A stretch of DNA of 64,000 nt. Origin: a virus. Both the position numbers and the translations under genes were made by a program. The stretch spans positions 32,001-96,000 of IMG/VR virus record IMGVR_UViG_3300045988_176431; one strand, written 5' to 3'. The notes beneath the pieces are model-generated. The model was not told the DNA's origin. It made no database searches and was given only the letters and a program-made list of their open reading frames with translations. Shown here piece by piece: positions 49,550 to 57,631 of this stretch (positions are counted from its first letter, which is position 1; every line of letters starts with the position of its first letter).

Positions 49550-49906
49550 TTTGTGTAGAGAGTGAAGATGATGTTACTCATCTTCACTCTCTACTTCTTC
49601 TTCCCGAATTATTTCATCTGGAATTTCTGGTTCGTCATCATCAATTATTTCATCTGGGATATTAATTTTTTCATTAATATCAGAATCAATTTCTTTTTCC
49701 TTTTCCATCTTTTCAACACTCTTCTGAGCATTTACTCCAATGATAATACCAGCAATTCCTGAAATAATACCTGAGATAATAGCAGCTTTATTTGTGTCTT
49801 TCATAATAGACCACCTTTCTGGTTTTATAAGAGTTTACCATCTCTATTATTTATTAGATTCACAAATATAGTATATAAATGATATATACAAAAATACTGA
49901 TTTTTT
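49547..49906. repeat. ~360-bp direct repeat, copy 2
   Basis: Matches 25501..25860. Confidence 0.85.
49574..49804 (-). CDS. glycine-zipper membrane protein with acidic tail (paralog 2)
   Basis: 76 aa. Differs from the 25528..25758 product at 2 residues (G58E, P68R). RBS AAAGGTGG. Confidence 0.75.
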   Translation of the reverse strand: MKDTNKAAIISGIISGIAGIIIGVNAQKSVEKMEKEKEIDSDINEKINIPDEIIDDDEPEIPDEIIREEEVESEDE

Positions 49907-49922
49907 ACACATAATATTTTAT

Positions 49923-49935
49923 TTATATATTATTT
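49923..49935 (+). promoter_or_regulatory. TTATATATTATTT motif, copy 6
   Basis: Exact 13-mer, followed by a T run and the hairpin TTAATGGTAT..ATACCATTAA. Confidence 0.5.
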
Positions 49936-50020
49936 TTTTAGTCTAGTTAATGGTATAAAAAATAATACCATTAATGACAACATAATAACATAAAATTTTT
50001 TCAGAAAGTGAGGATGAAAT

Positions 50021-50740
50021 ATGTCAAAGGAAAAGAATCTGTTAATTCAGAAATGGGCAGAAGAAAATTTGAGGGACGATATTGAAGATAATAATACCGT
50101 CGCAGGAATTGCCATTCGAGAAATTAGTAATAAATTTCGTATGGTGTTTGGCTCAGAGAATACAGTATTAGCATTTTATGCGACTGTATATAATTCGATT
50201 ATGGAGGTATTACTTAGTAAGAGAGAGAAGAAAAGTGAATATGACATTAACATTGCTGATCGGTTTGTAATCGGTTATAGTGATGCAGAGGAAAACGATG
50301 ACGCTGAAAAAATGGGCTCATTTGTACCACATATCTTTGATTTAAATAGTGGTAAAAAGAGTTATGATAATGCTGAATCAAAAACAACATTAGAAGCATG
50401 TGTTGAATGGTCTAGTAAAAATATCAATGAATGTAGGGATATTATCAGTAAAATTTCATCAGTTGCTCTTAAGAACTTAAAAGATGAAATTGGTTTGAAT
50501 TTCGGACATGATGAAATTCCAATTCCACTCTTTGTTACGATTCATGAATGTCTGGTTGCTTATATGAAACTGAAACAGAAAGATTCTGGTGAATATGAGG
50601 AGTTCATCAATTTTGCTTCTTGTTTTGACATTTATTGTCGTATGAATGAAGAAAAAGAGCAGATGATCGAGTATAGTCCTACAGTTACGATGAAACTTAT
50701 GACAAAATCAGATTCCATCGCAACTTCAAAACATGAATAA
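50021..50740 (+). CDS. hypothetical protein
   Basis: 239 aa with RBS GTGAGGA. Confidence 0.75.
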   Translation: MSKEKNLLIQKWAEENLRDDIEDNNTVAGIAIREISNKFRMVFGSENTVLAFYATVYNSIMEVLLSKREKKSEYDINIADRFVIGYSDAEENDDAEKMGSFVPHIFDLNSGKKSYDNAESKTTLEACVEWSSKNINECRDIISKISSVALKNLKDEIGLNFGHDEIPIPLFVTIHECLVAYMKLKQKDSGEYEEFINFASCFDIYCRMNEEKEQMIEYSPTVTMKLMTKSDSIATSKHE

Positions 50741-50750
50741 GAATAAGATA

Positions 50751-50786
50751 GAAAGGTGTTATAATAAAATAGCACCTTTCTTTTTT
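50751..50786 (+). terminator. intrinsic terminator
   Basis: Stem GAAAGGTG / CACCTTTC followed by a T6 run. Confidence 0.7.
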
Positions 50787-50818
50787 ACTATAATATCATT
50801 AAAAGGGGGCTTTTAACT

Positions 50819-51244
50819 TTGATTAAATATCTTAAAAATTATGCTTCTGAATTTGAAAGAGATTTAAATATTCCTCTTATGAACAAAGAAGCAGATAGAC
50901 CATTAGTTGAATATGTAATTGATTCATGGAAATCATTACAGATTCTTGATGGTATCGAATTTCTTGATTATGAGTATACAGAAAAAGAATCTGATATTGA
51001 GATTAATAAGTATATTTATAAACGTGAGAAAGGAAAACGCAAAAACGAGAAATTTGATTACAAATTTGTGGATGATAGTAGATGTGGACTTCTTACTGTC
51101 CGTATGAAATTATCTGCAATTGAAAAAGATTTCAAAACAGGTGATACGTATTTAAAAGAAAAAATTATTAAAAAGAGTATGTTGATTCCTTTACAGGATG
51201 ACAAAGGACTATTCTGTATCAAAGGAAAAAATTACTATTTGATT
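50819..51244 (+). CDS. RNA polymerase beta-like subunit, N-terminal half, exon 1
   Basis: TTG start 9 nt after AAGGGGG. Ends at MLIPLQDDKGLFCIKGKNYYLI, aligning to beta IPLMT..GTFIINGTERVIV. Confidence 0.8.
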
Positions 51245-51617
51245 TAGTTTGATAGATCAAACAAAACTCTTCTAATTGCGGGGAACTCTCGTTAGGTCTT
51301 AACTACTAAACTAAGATGGTGACATACTTAGTGACAAGGGGTAACTCCTAAGGTATAGTAAAAAGGTTAAGAATAGAGACAATCGACGCAGCGAAGTATC
51401 TTATAAATAATAAGGTATAAGATATGAGTTCAACGACTATCGAAAGGATAGCATAAGAGAAATACTTATGTGAATAACTGAGTAGAGTAGACTAGTATAT
51501 ATTATACTAGGTGTACGAAATTGGTACTTTACGAAATGGAGAGCATATTATATTTGGTAATAGAATATAATGTGAAGATATAGTCTAATCCTCATGGATA
51601 ACATGATGGTGTAAATG
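51245..51617 (+). mobile_element. group I intron F (ORF-less)
   Basis: Shared core. P1 pairs TTTGATT with GATCAAA, with a terminal U-G. P10 pairs TTGATA with TATCAG. Splicing gives NYYLI-YQMVEKS. Confidence 0.85.
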
Positions 51618-52379
51618 TATCAGATGGTAGAAAAATCTACCTATACGTCAAATAATTCTGTTATTTTGAAATCTTTAATGCCTTTTATGATAAAAAGACA
51701 AATAACAAAACAGGAAGATATTCATGAAAATGAATATCAGATTCCTTATTATACCATTGATTTGTTTCGAAAAGATATTCCGATTATGCTTCTTTATGCA
51801 TCCAAAGGAATGAATCGTGCGTTACAATATGCTATTCAATCCTATCCTTATGTAGCAATTAACTTTGTTACAAAACCAAAAGAAACGGACAAAAAGCATA
51901 TTTATTTCCAGATATCTTCTAAGTTGTACTTAAAAGTACATAAGAAGTTATTTGAAAAGTTTCCATATATCCAATCCGTAGTTGGTGGTATTTTACATAT
52001 CTCAACGAATCGATTGACATTGGATAAATTGGATAATACAGATATCTGGATTAAGAAATTAAGTAATAATAACATTGAAAAAGGAAAGAATCTTTTAGAT
52101 TCTTTAAAACGTCTTTTAGATGTAACTACAAAGAAAATATTAAAAACAGATATATCAAACAAATTAGATGTACTTGCTGTTATTCGTTGGATGAGTCAAG
52201 ATTTCAATGAATTACGAATGAAAGATAATATGAATATTGAAAATAAGCGATTACGATGTAATGAATACATTGCATCTTTACTGACACAAGAATTTAGTAA
52301 GAAACTTAATCGTATTATGTCTCTAGGTGGAAAAGCAACCATTGATAATCTTAGAGAAATTTTCAAATTTCCAGGCGAT
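51618..52379 (+). CDS. RNA polymerase beta-like subunit, N-terminal half, exon 2
   Basis: In-frame continuation, YQMVEKSTY...EIFKFPGD. Confidence 0.8.
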
Positions 52380-52742
52380 AGAATTAGAGTGTCGCCGTTA
52401 AACCTATCTAATTGCGGGAAACTCTCGTTATGTTCTAGTTACTAAACTAAGATGGTGACATACTTAGTGGCAAAGGGTAACTCCTAAGGTATAGTAAAAA
52501 GACTAGAAATAGAGACAATCGACGCAGCGAAGTATCTTATAAGTATAAGATATGAGTTCAACGACTATCGAAAGGATAGCATAAGAGAAATACTTATGTG
52601 AATAACTGAGTAGAGTAGACTAGTATATATAAATACTAGGTGTACGAAATTTGTACTTTACGAAACGGTAGGCTCTTTATATTTGGTAATAGAATATAAA
52701 GATGAAGATATAGTCTAAACTTTATGGATAACATAGAGAATG
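52380..52742 (+). mobile_element. group I intron G (ORF-less)
   Basis: Shared core. P1 pairs GGCGAT with GTCGCC, with a terminal U-G. A 7-bp P10 pairs TTAGAGT with ATTCTAA, fixing the 3' site at G52742. Confidence 0.8.
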
Positions 52743-52895
52743 ATTCTAATTCAGAAGATGCATAGTAGTGGTGTATTCCGATTTGATGATAACATCAACG
52801 ATATGGATTTCTTTTCAAGGTTCAAATTCACGAATAAAGGACCTCACTCTGCAGGACAAAAGAATGGAAATAGTGTTGGTGTTAAGTACAGGGGT
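52743..52895 (+). CDS. RNA polymerase beta-like subunit, N-terminal half, exon 3 (153-nt micro-exon)
   Basis: SGVFRFDDNINDMDFFSRFKFTNKGPHSAGQKNGNSVGVKYRG is collinear with beta [41 protein letters not shown]. Confidence 0.75.
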
Positions 52896-53973
52896 ATGGT
52901 TGAATGCTCCTGTAAAACTCTTCTAATTGCGGGGAACTCTCGTTAAGTCTTAACTACTAACTTATGATAGTAATATACATAAGGGCAAGGGGTAACTCCT
53001 AAGGTATAGTAAAAAGGTTAAGAATAGAGACAATCGACGCAGCGAAGTATCTTCTATATATAAAATGGAAAGGAGGCAAAATCAAATGAAAAAAGTAATT
53101 GATTGTAAAAGAGTGATGCATGATAATATAAAATTAAATTATTTTATATTTACTGATGGAAGTATATTTAATGCTACAACTAATCATGAATTAAAACAAT
53201 ATAAAGATAAAGATGGATATCCTACAGTTTGTTTATCCAATAAAGGAAAACATTGGACAATTCATGTTCATCGATTAGTTGCGTTAACATTTATTCCAAA
53301 TCCATTAAATAAACCAGAAGTTAATCATATAGATGGTAATAAATCAAATAATGATATTAGTAATTTAGAATGGGTTACTGGAAGTGAAAATGTAAGACAC
53401 GCCTATCTCAATGGTTTACATGATAATGTAGCGATTGGTGAGAAACATGGTATGAATAAATATACTGAAAAACAAATTAAACATGTTTGTCAATTATTAG
53501 AAGAAAATTCTAATACACTCAATGAAATTGCTGAACTAACAAATGTTCCAAAATCAACAATTCATGATATTATATCAGAAAAATACTGGACTCATATTTC
53601 TAAAAAATATAAAATATCAAATTTTGATAAAAAATCTATTAGACGGTTAGATTCTCAAATGAAAAATGAAATGAGATATCTAATAAGAAAAGGATATCGT
53701 CAATGTGATATTTTAAGACATTTTAATTTAGAGACTAGTAAAAAGAATTATGGAATGATTAAAAGATATTATTATAAAATAAAAGAAGATACAAGTTCAT
53801 CGACTATCGAAAGTATAGGTTAAGAGAAATACTTAACTGAATAAACGAGTAGAGTAGACTGATCAATCAGGTGCACGAAATTGGTGCTTTGCGAAACGGA
53901 GAGCATATTATATTTGGTAATAGAATATAATATGAAGATATAGTCAGGTTATACAGTGATGTGTAAGTTTTAG
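52896..53973 (+). mobile_element. group I intron H carrying an HNH homing endonuclease gene
   Basis: Shared core. An 8-bp P1 pairs ACAGGGGT with GCTCCTGT, with a terminal U-G. P10 pairs GGTTGAAT with ATTCACCC. Splicing gives VKYRG-IHPSMIGYID, matching [13 protein letters not shown]. Confidence 0.85.
53086..53823 (+). CDS. HNH homing endonuclease (intron-encoded)
   Basis: RBS AAGGAGG 8 nt upstream of MKKVIDC. HNH region EVNHIDGNKSNNDISNLEWVTGSENVRHA. HTH modules. The 3' end runs into the conserved intron core. Confidence 0.85.
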   Translation: MKKVIDCKRVMHDNIKLNYFIFTDGSIFNATTNHELKQYKDKDGYPTVCLSNKGKHWTIHVHRLVALTFIPNPLNKPEVNHIDGNKSNNDISNLEWVTGSENVRHAYLNGLHDNVAIGEKHGMNKYTEKQIKHVCQLLEENSNTLNEIAELTNVPKSTIHDIISEKYWTHISKKYKISNFDKKSIRRLDSQMKNEMRYLIRKGYRQCDILRHFNLETSKKNYGMIKRYYYKIKEDTSSSTIESIG

Positions 53974-54381
53974 ATTCACCCATCAATGATTGGATATATT
54001 GATATGACTGTTTGCGGTAATTCTGACCCAGGCACATCGGGGCTTCTCTCGCCCTTTAGTAAGTTAAAAGGATTATCTTTTAATGATGATATGGAGCCAG
54101 ATAATTTTAAGTTTGAGTTCATAAAAGAGGTTAAGAAGATTATGGATGAAGAAGGAATTGATTATATTGATCTTGACTTTGAGAAGAAAGAAGATTACTA
54201 TTCCTTTGTCAATACTCTTCATGACTTTAATGTGGATAACATTCATGTCAATTATATTGAACGAGAAAAGGAATATGATAAAGTTATTCAAGAAGAGGAA
54301 GAAGATTTAGAAGAAACTTTATCATTCCAAAATAATAAACCAAAGAAGGATGATAAGAAAAAAGAAGCAAAGAAGAAATAA
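53974..54381 (+). CDS. RNA polymerase beta-like subunit, N-terminal half, exon 4
   Basis: IHPSMIGYIDMTVCGNSDPGTSGLLSPF aligns to [26 protein letters not shown]. Acidic and basic C-terminal tail. Confidence 0.8.
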   Translation: MHPSMIGYIDMTVCGNSDPGTSGLLSPFSKLKGLSFNDDMEPDNFKFEFIKEVKKIMDEEGIDYIDLDFEKKEDYYSFVNTLHDFNVDNIHVNYIEREKEYDKVIQEEEEDLEETLSFQNNKPKKDDKKKEAKKK

Positions 54382-54389
54382 ATATATTG

Positions 54390-54425
54390 GTGTAGCGGAA
54401 GTTTTGAATTCCGCTACACTTTTTT
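54390..54425 (+). terminator. intrinsic terminator
   Basis: Stem GTGTAGCGG / CCGCTACAC followed by a T run. Confidence 0.8.
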
Positions 54426-54501
54426 ATTCAAAAGATACCTATGATTATATAATATATTCATGAATCTATTAGGAAACTTTGAATAAGAAAGGATGATAAA
54501 T

Positions 54502-55401
54502 ATGAAAAAGAATGTAAAAATTAAAGTAACAATTGGAACAAATCTTCCAGTTATTAATGATGGATTATATTGGCAACTTACAGAAGAAGAAAGAAAAAAC
54601 TCAGGAAGAAAAAGTTCTTCTTATTGTATTTTAGTAGAATCAACAGAAGATGAATTATTCGAAGGATACTTAATGGAATATGTATTAGGATTTATTGAGA
54701 GATACTCATTCATTTTTGATTTTCGTGTTACAGACATTCAGTGTGATGATATTAACACTTCTCTTGCTTATACAGCTTTGAAGAAAGCAAAGAAATCAAT
54801 TATGATTGGATTATTTCCGGGAACAAACTGCTTGCTTGCCGATAAAAATTTGTGTGATTGCGGAAGTGTTCATGAAGAAACAAAAACATTCAAAGAAGAT
54901 ACTTTGACGATTCCTGAATTTTGTGATTTTGTTTTATCGGTATGGAGAGCAACCTATGTAGCAATTTCAAAAAAAGAATATAAGGGAATCTCTTATAAGA
55001 CCATTAATGATTTTATGACAAAGAAAGTGGAAATTTTTGGTAAGAAAGGATATGTTATTGAAAATATCGTTCATACACAGAGAGGGCTTGTATTAGCAGG
55101 AATGTATGATTTAAAAGCTTACGGAAGAGACAATTTCCATATCTATCCTCTTGTTTATAATAAGGACGATTTGAATAAACCTTATAAGATATTACAGGAG
55201 GGAGAAATTAGCGGAAAACTTTACGGATGGTTTATTTCTGAAACGAGTCCGGATGAGATTTTCAAAGGTTCTAAAAAGGAGAAAAGATTAACTAAGAAAA
55301 CCTATGTTGTATTAGATAATCTGATAGCATTTGGTCTTGTTTATACTATGTTCCGTAGCACTTTACCAAAAAAATATGAGGCGGATGAAGTGAATGTATA
55401 A
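54502..55401 (+). CDS. hypothetical protein
   Basis: ATG (MKKNVK) after AAAGGATGA. Confidence 0.7.
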   Translation: MKKNVKIKVTIGTNLPVINDGLYWQLTEEERKNSGRKSSSYCILVESTEDELFEGYLMEYVLGFIERYSFIFDFRVTDIQCDDINTSLAYTALKKAKKSIMIGLFPGTNCLLADKNLCDCGSVHEETKTFKEDTLTIPEFCDFVLSVWRATYVAISKKEYKGISYKTINDFMTKKVEIFGKKGYVIENIVHTQRGLVLAGMYDLKAYGRDNFHIYPLVYNKDDLNKPYKILQEGEISGKLYGWFISETSPDEIFKGSKKEKRLTKKTYVVLDNLIAFGLVYTMFRSTLPKKYEADEVNV

Positions 55402-56086
55402 AGCATCTATTGACTTAGGAAGAATTAATAAGTATCTTAAGATGAAATTTAGTATTGTAATAAAATCTGATAATTTCATGCCCCTCATTAGTAAGTTTAA
55501 TATTTCAGGAAATGATTATTTAAAGATTTCACCAATTCCAATTATTACATTAGAAATTAAATCTAATGTCGATAAACATGAAGAATGGAATCCAAATAAA
55601 TCAATTTCATTATCTCGAATTACAAAGTTTATCTTTTGCAAGAGACTATCTGAAATTATTGAATCTTTTAAGAAAGAAAAAGATTTGTTTTACTATGAGG
55701 GGGATACTTTAAAGGTTAATAAAGATTTAGCAACACAAATAAAAGAAATGGTAAAAGTTGGAACTAAAATCTGTGCCTTTCAACCAATTGTTGTAGAGGA
55801 TGAGGAAAGTGGTGATTTATATGAAGGTGTAGTTCTCATGATTAACTCAGCAGATAATTATTGTTATTTAACATTTGAAGAGATGGAATATTTAGTAAAC
55901 TATATCAATACAATTGATTTAGATAACTTATCTTTGCAAATGATAAATACAGTTACCATTTGCAATAAGATGAAAACAGAACACCTTCAGAAACCAAGAA
56001 AGATTGAACATGAAGTAATTCAAGATAGTCAACAGGAAGTATCAAGATTACCGATTCAATCAAAATCAACAATTCCAGAAATATGA
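55394..56086 (+). CDS. hypothetical protein
   Basis: 230-aa ORF overlapping the upstream stop by 8 nt. Confidence 0.7.
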   Translation: MYKASIDLGRINKYLKMKFSIVIKSDNFMPLISKFNISGNDYLKISPIPIITLEIKSNVDKHEEWNPNKSISLSRITKFIFCKRLSEIIESFKKEKDLFYYEGDTLKVNKDLATQIKEMVKVGTKICAFQPIVVEDEESGDLYEGVVLMINSADNYCYLTFEEMEYLVNYINTIDLDNLSLQMINTVTICNKMKTEHLQKPRKIEHEVIQDSQQEVSRLPIQSKSTIPEI

Positions 56087-56102
56087 AAGGAAGTAAAAGT
56101 GA

Positions 56103-56852
56103 ATGAAAAAAATAACAATTGATAAGGATTCTATTGGAATCACGTATAAGATGTCTACTTTTATCGTAGATGGTTATATTGAAGATTATTCTTTGAATGC
56201 AAAAGAGGAAAAAAGTTATTTGGATATGATTGATAACAAAGGATATGTTGATGAAAATGGATTAATCTGGATTTATAAAAAAGAGGAACCAGAAAGAAAA
56301 TCTGTTTTTGGATATATTCCATGGTTTACTGTAAAAGAAGAAGATGGAAACAATGTCTATCAGTTTAGTAAACGAAACTTAAAAGATGTGGATGAAAGAT
56401 TTAGAATTGAAAACATTGGTGATTTTAGTTTTAAAAAGATTGCCAGTACAATTAAGGAGGATGAGAAACTTTATAATGAAAAGATTCTCAATGATATCAA
56501 TTCATCAACAAGTGTCTTTCATCCAGAAATTAAAGAAGAAGATGATTTCTTAAAGAAGTTACTAAAGACAATCATCTTATCAAAAGATGTAAATATTGCT
56601 AAGTATGTATCAAAAGTTCCAGAAAAGTATATTCTTAGCAATATGAAACAGGGTCTTGTTAACAAGTCAAAAACATCAGCAATCAATTTCTTAAATTGGA
56701 ACGAATTACTCGGAATTAAATTTCATGTAATTATTGAAGATGATGGAACTGATACAGACCCATTAAAAGAAGTTCTTCATTATGATAATAAGACAGATAC
56801 AATTAAGTCTTATAAATCAATGGAAGACCTTTTAAAAGACATGAAAAAATAA
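56103..56852 (+). CDS. hypothetical protein
   Basis: 249 aa with RBS AAAGGAAG. Confidence 0.7.
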   Translation: MKKITIDKDSIGITYKMSTFIVDGYIEDYSLNAKEEKSYLDMIDNKGYVDENGLIWIYKKEEPERKSVFGYIPWFTVKEEDGNNVYQFSKRNLKDVDERFRIENIGDFSFKKIASTIKEDEKLYNEKILNDINSSTSVFHPEIKEEDDFLKKLLKTIILSKDVNIAKYVSKVPEKYILSNMKQGLVNKSKTSAINFLNWNELLGIKFHVIIEDDGTDTDPLKEVLHYDNKTDTIKSYKSMEDLLKDMKK

Positions 56853-56902
56853 AATAGAAATTTGATAGATAAATTTCTAATAAAACCAAGGGGGAATTAT
56901 AA

Positions 56903-57490
56903 ATGAAAAAACTCCTAAAGACTAACATGGTTTATGTGGATACTTTAAGTGATATCTTTTTAGACATGAAAGAATCAGGAATTGCAATTGATTCGAATTT
57001 TCTTCAAATTCCGAAATTTGAAATTAAGAAAATTGCTCATGTTAAGAAACCAACATTTAAAGTAAATTTTTACTGTAAAAGAATGATAACTTCTTTGATG
57101 GTTACTTGTCGTGTGAAGTGTAAATTCTTAGGAAAATTAGGAATTAGTTATATAGTAAAAGCAGAATGTACATTTTCTGCGGATTCAACGAAAGAAAGAG
57201 AATTGAAAACTTATACATACGCTTACATTAAGCGTATGCTGGAAAATGATGAGACCATCTTATCAATTCGACCAGATGATTTGGTCTTTCCAGCAACGTC
57301 CCTCATTAGTGGAAAGAAACTATTTACGAAAGAAATGAGGGATGATTCGTTCTTAACTTCTCAAATGTTCAAGTCACACGATATGACTTTGTTTGTACAT
57401 CAGGAGAAAATATTTGAGAAGAATAAGACGTTTACTGATGAAGAAATAAGAAAGTACAACGAGATAATTAATTCATCTTCATATCGTTAA
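56903..57490 (+). CDS. hypothetical protein
   Basis: 195 aa with RBS AAGGGGGA. Confidence 0.7.
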   Translation: MKKLLKTNMVYVDTLSDIFLDMKESGIAIDSNFLQIPKFEIKKIAHVKKPTFKVNFYCKRMITSLMVTCRVKCKFLGKLGISYIVKAECTFSADSTKERELKTYTYAYIKRMLENDETILSIRPDDLVFPATSLISGKKLFTKEMRDDSFLTSQMFKSHDMTLFVHQEKIFEKNKTFTDEEIRKYNEIINSSSYR

Positions 57491-57509
57491 TCTTTTATTT
57501 CTTTATCAA

Positions 57510-57566
57510 ATGAATGGTGTGAATTTGGGCGATGAGCCTTTCATCACACCATTCATATCTTTTTTT
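57510..57566 (+). terminator. intrinsic terminator
   Basis: 13-bp outer stem ATGAATGGTGTGA / TCACACCATTCAT followed by a T7 run. Confidence 0.75.
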
Positions 57567-57588
57567 ATGAATGAGAGTTATCTATTAT

Positions 57589-57601
57589 TTATATATTATT
57601 T
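57589..57601 (+). promoter_or_regulatory. TTATATATTATTT motif, copy 7
   Basis: Exact 13-mer 30 nt upstream of the ppk gene. Confidence 0.5.
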
Positions 57602-57631
57602 ATAAGAATACTTATGTAAAAAAGAAAGGAT

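Noticed and set aside
52380-52445. The ORF-track proteins extend past my exon ends into the repeats. Examples are RIRVSPLNLSNCGKLSLCSSY at 52380-52445, MVECSCKTLLIAGNSR at 52896-52946, KITGREKVA at 21111-21140 (minus strand) and VVNSTLI at 5139-5163.
   Set aside because: These tails are read-through into the conserved intron core; the same LIAGNSR-type peptide appears in unrelated genes. They also break the conserved protein motifs that are restored by splicing at the P1 U-G sites.
5139-53973. The eight repeats as a CRISPR array, MITEs or IS elements.
   Set aside because: The units are 360-1300 nt and lie inside coding sequences. They have no short spacer periodicity, no terminal inverted repeats, no target-site duplications and no transposase. 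They do have group I core elements and guide-sequence pairing.
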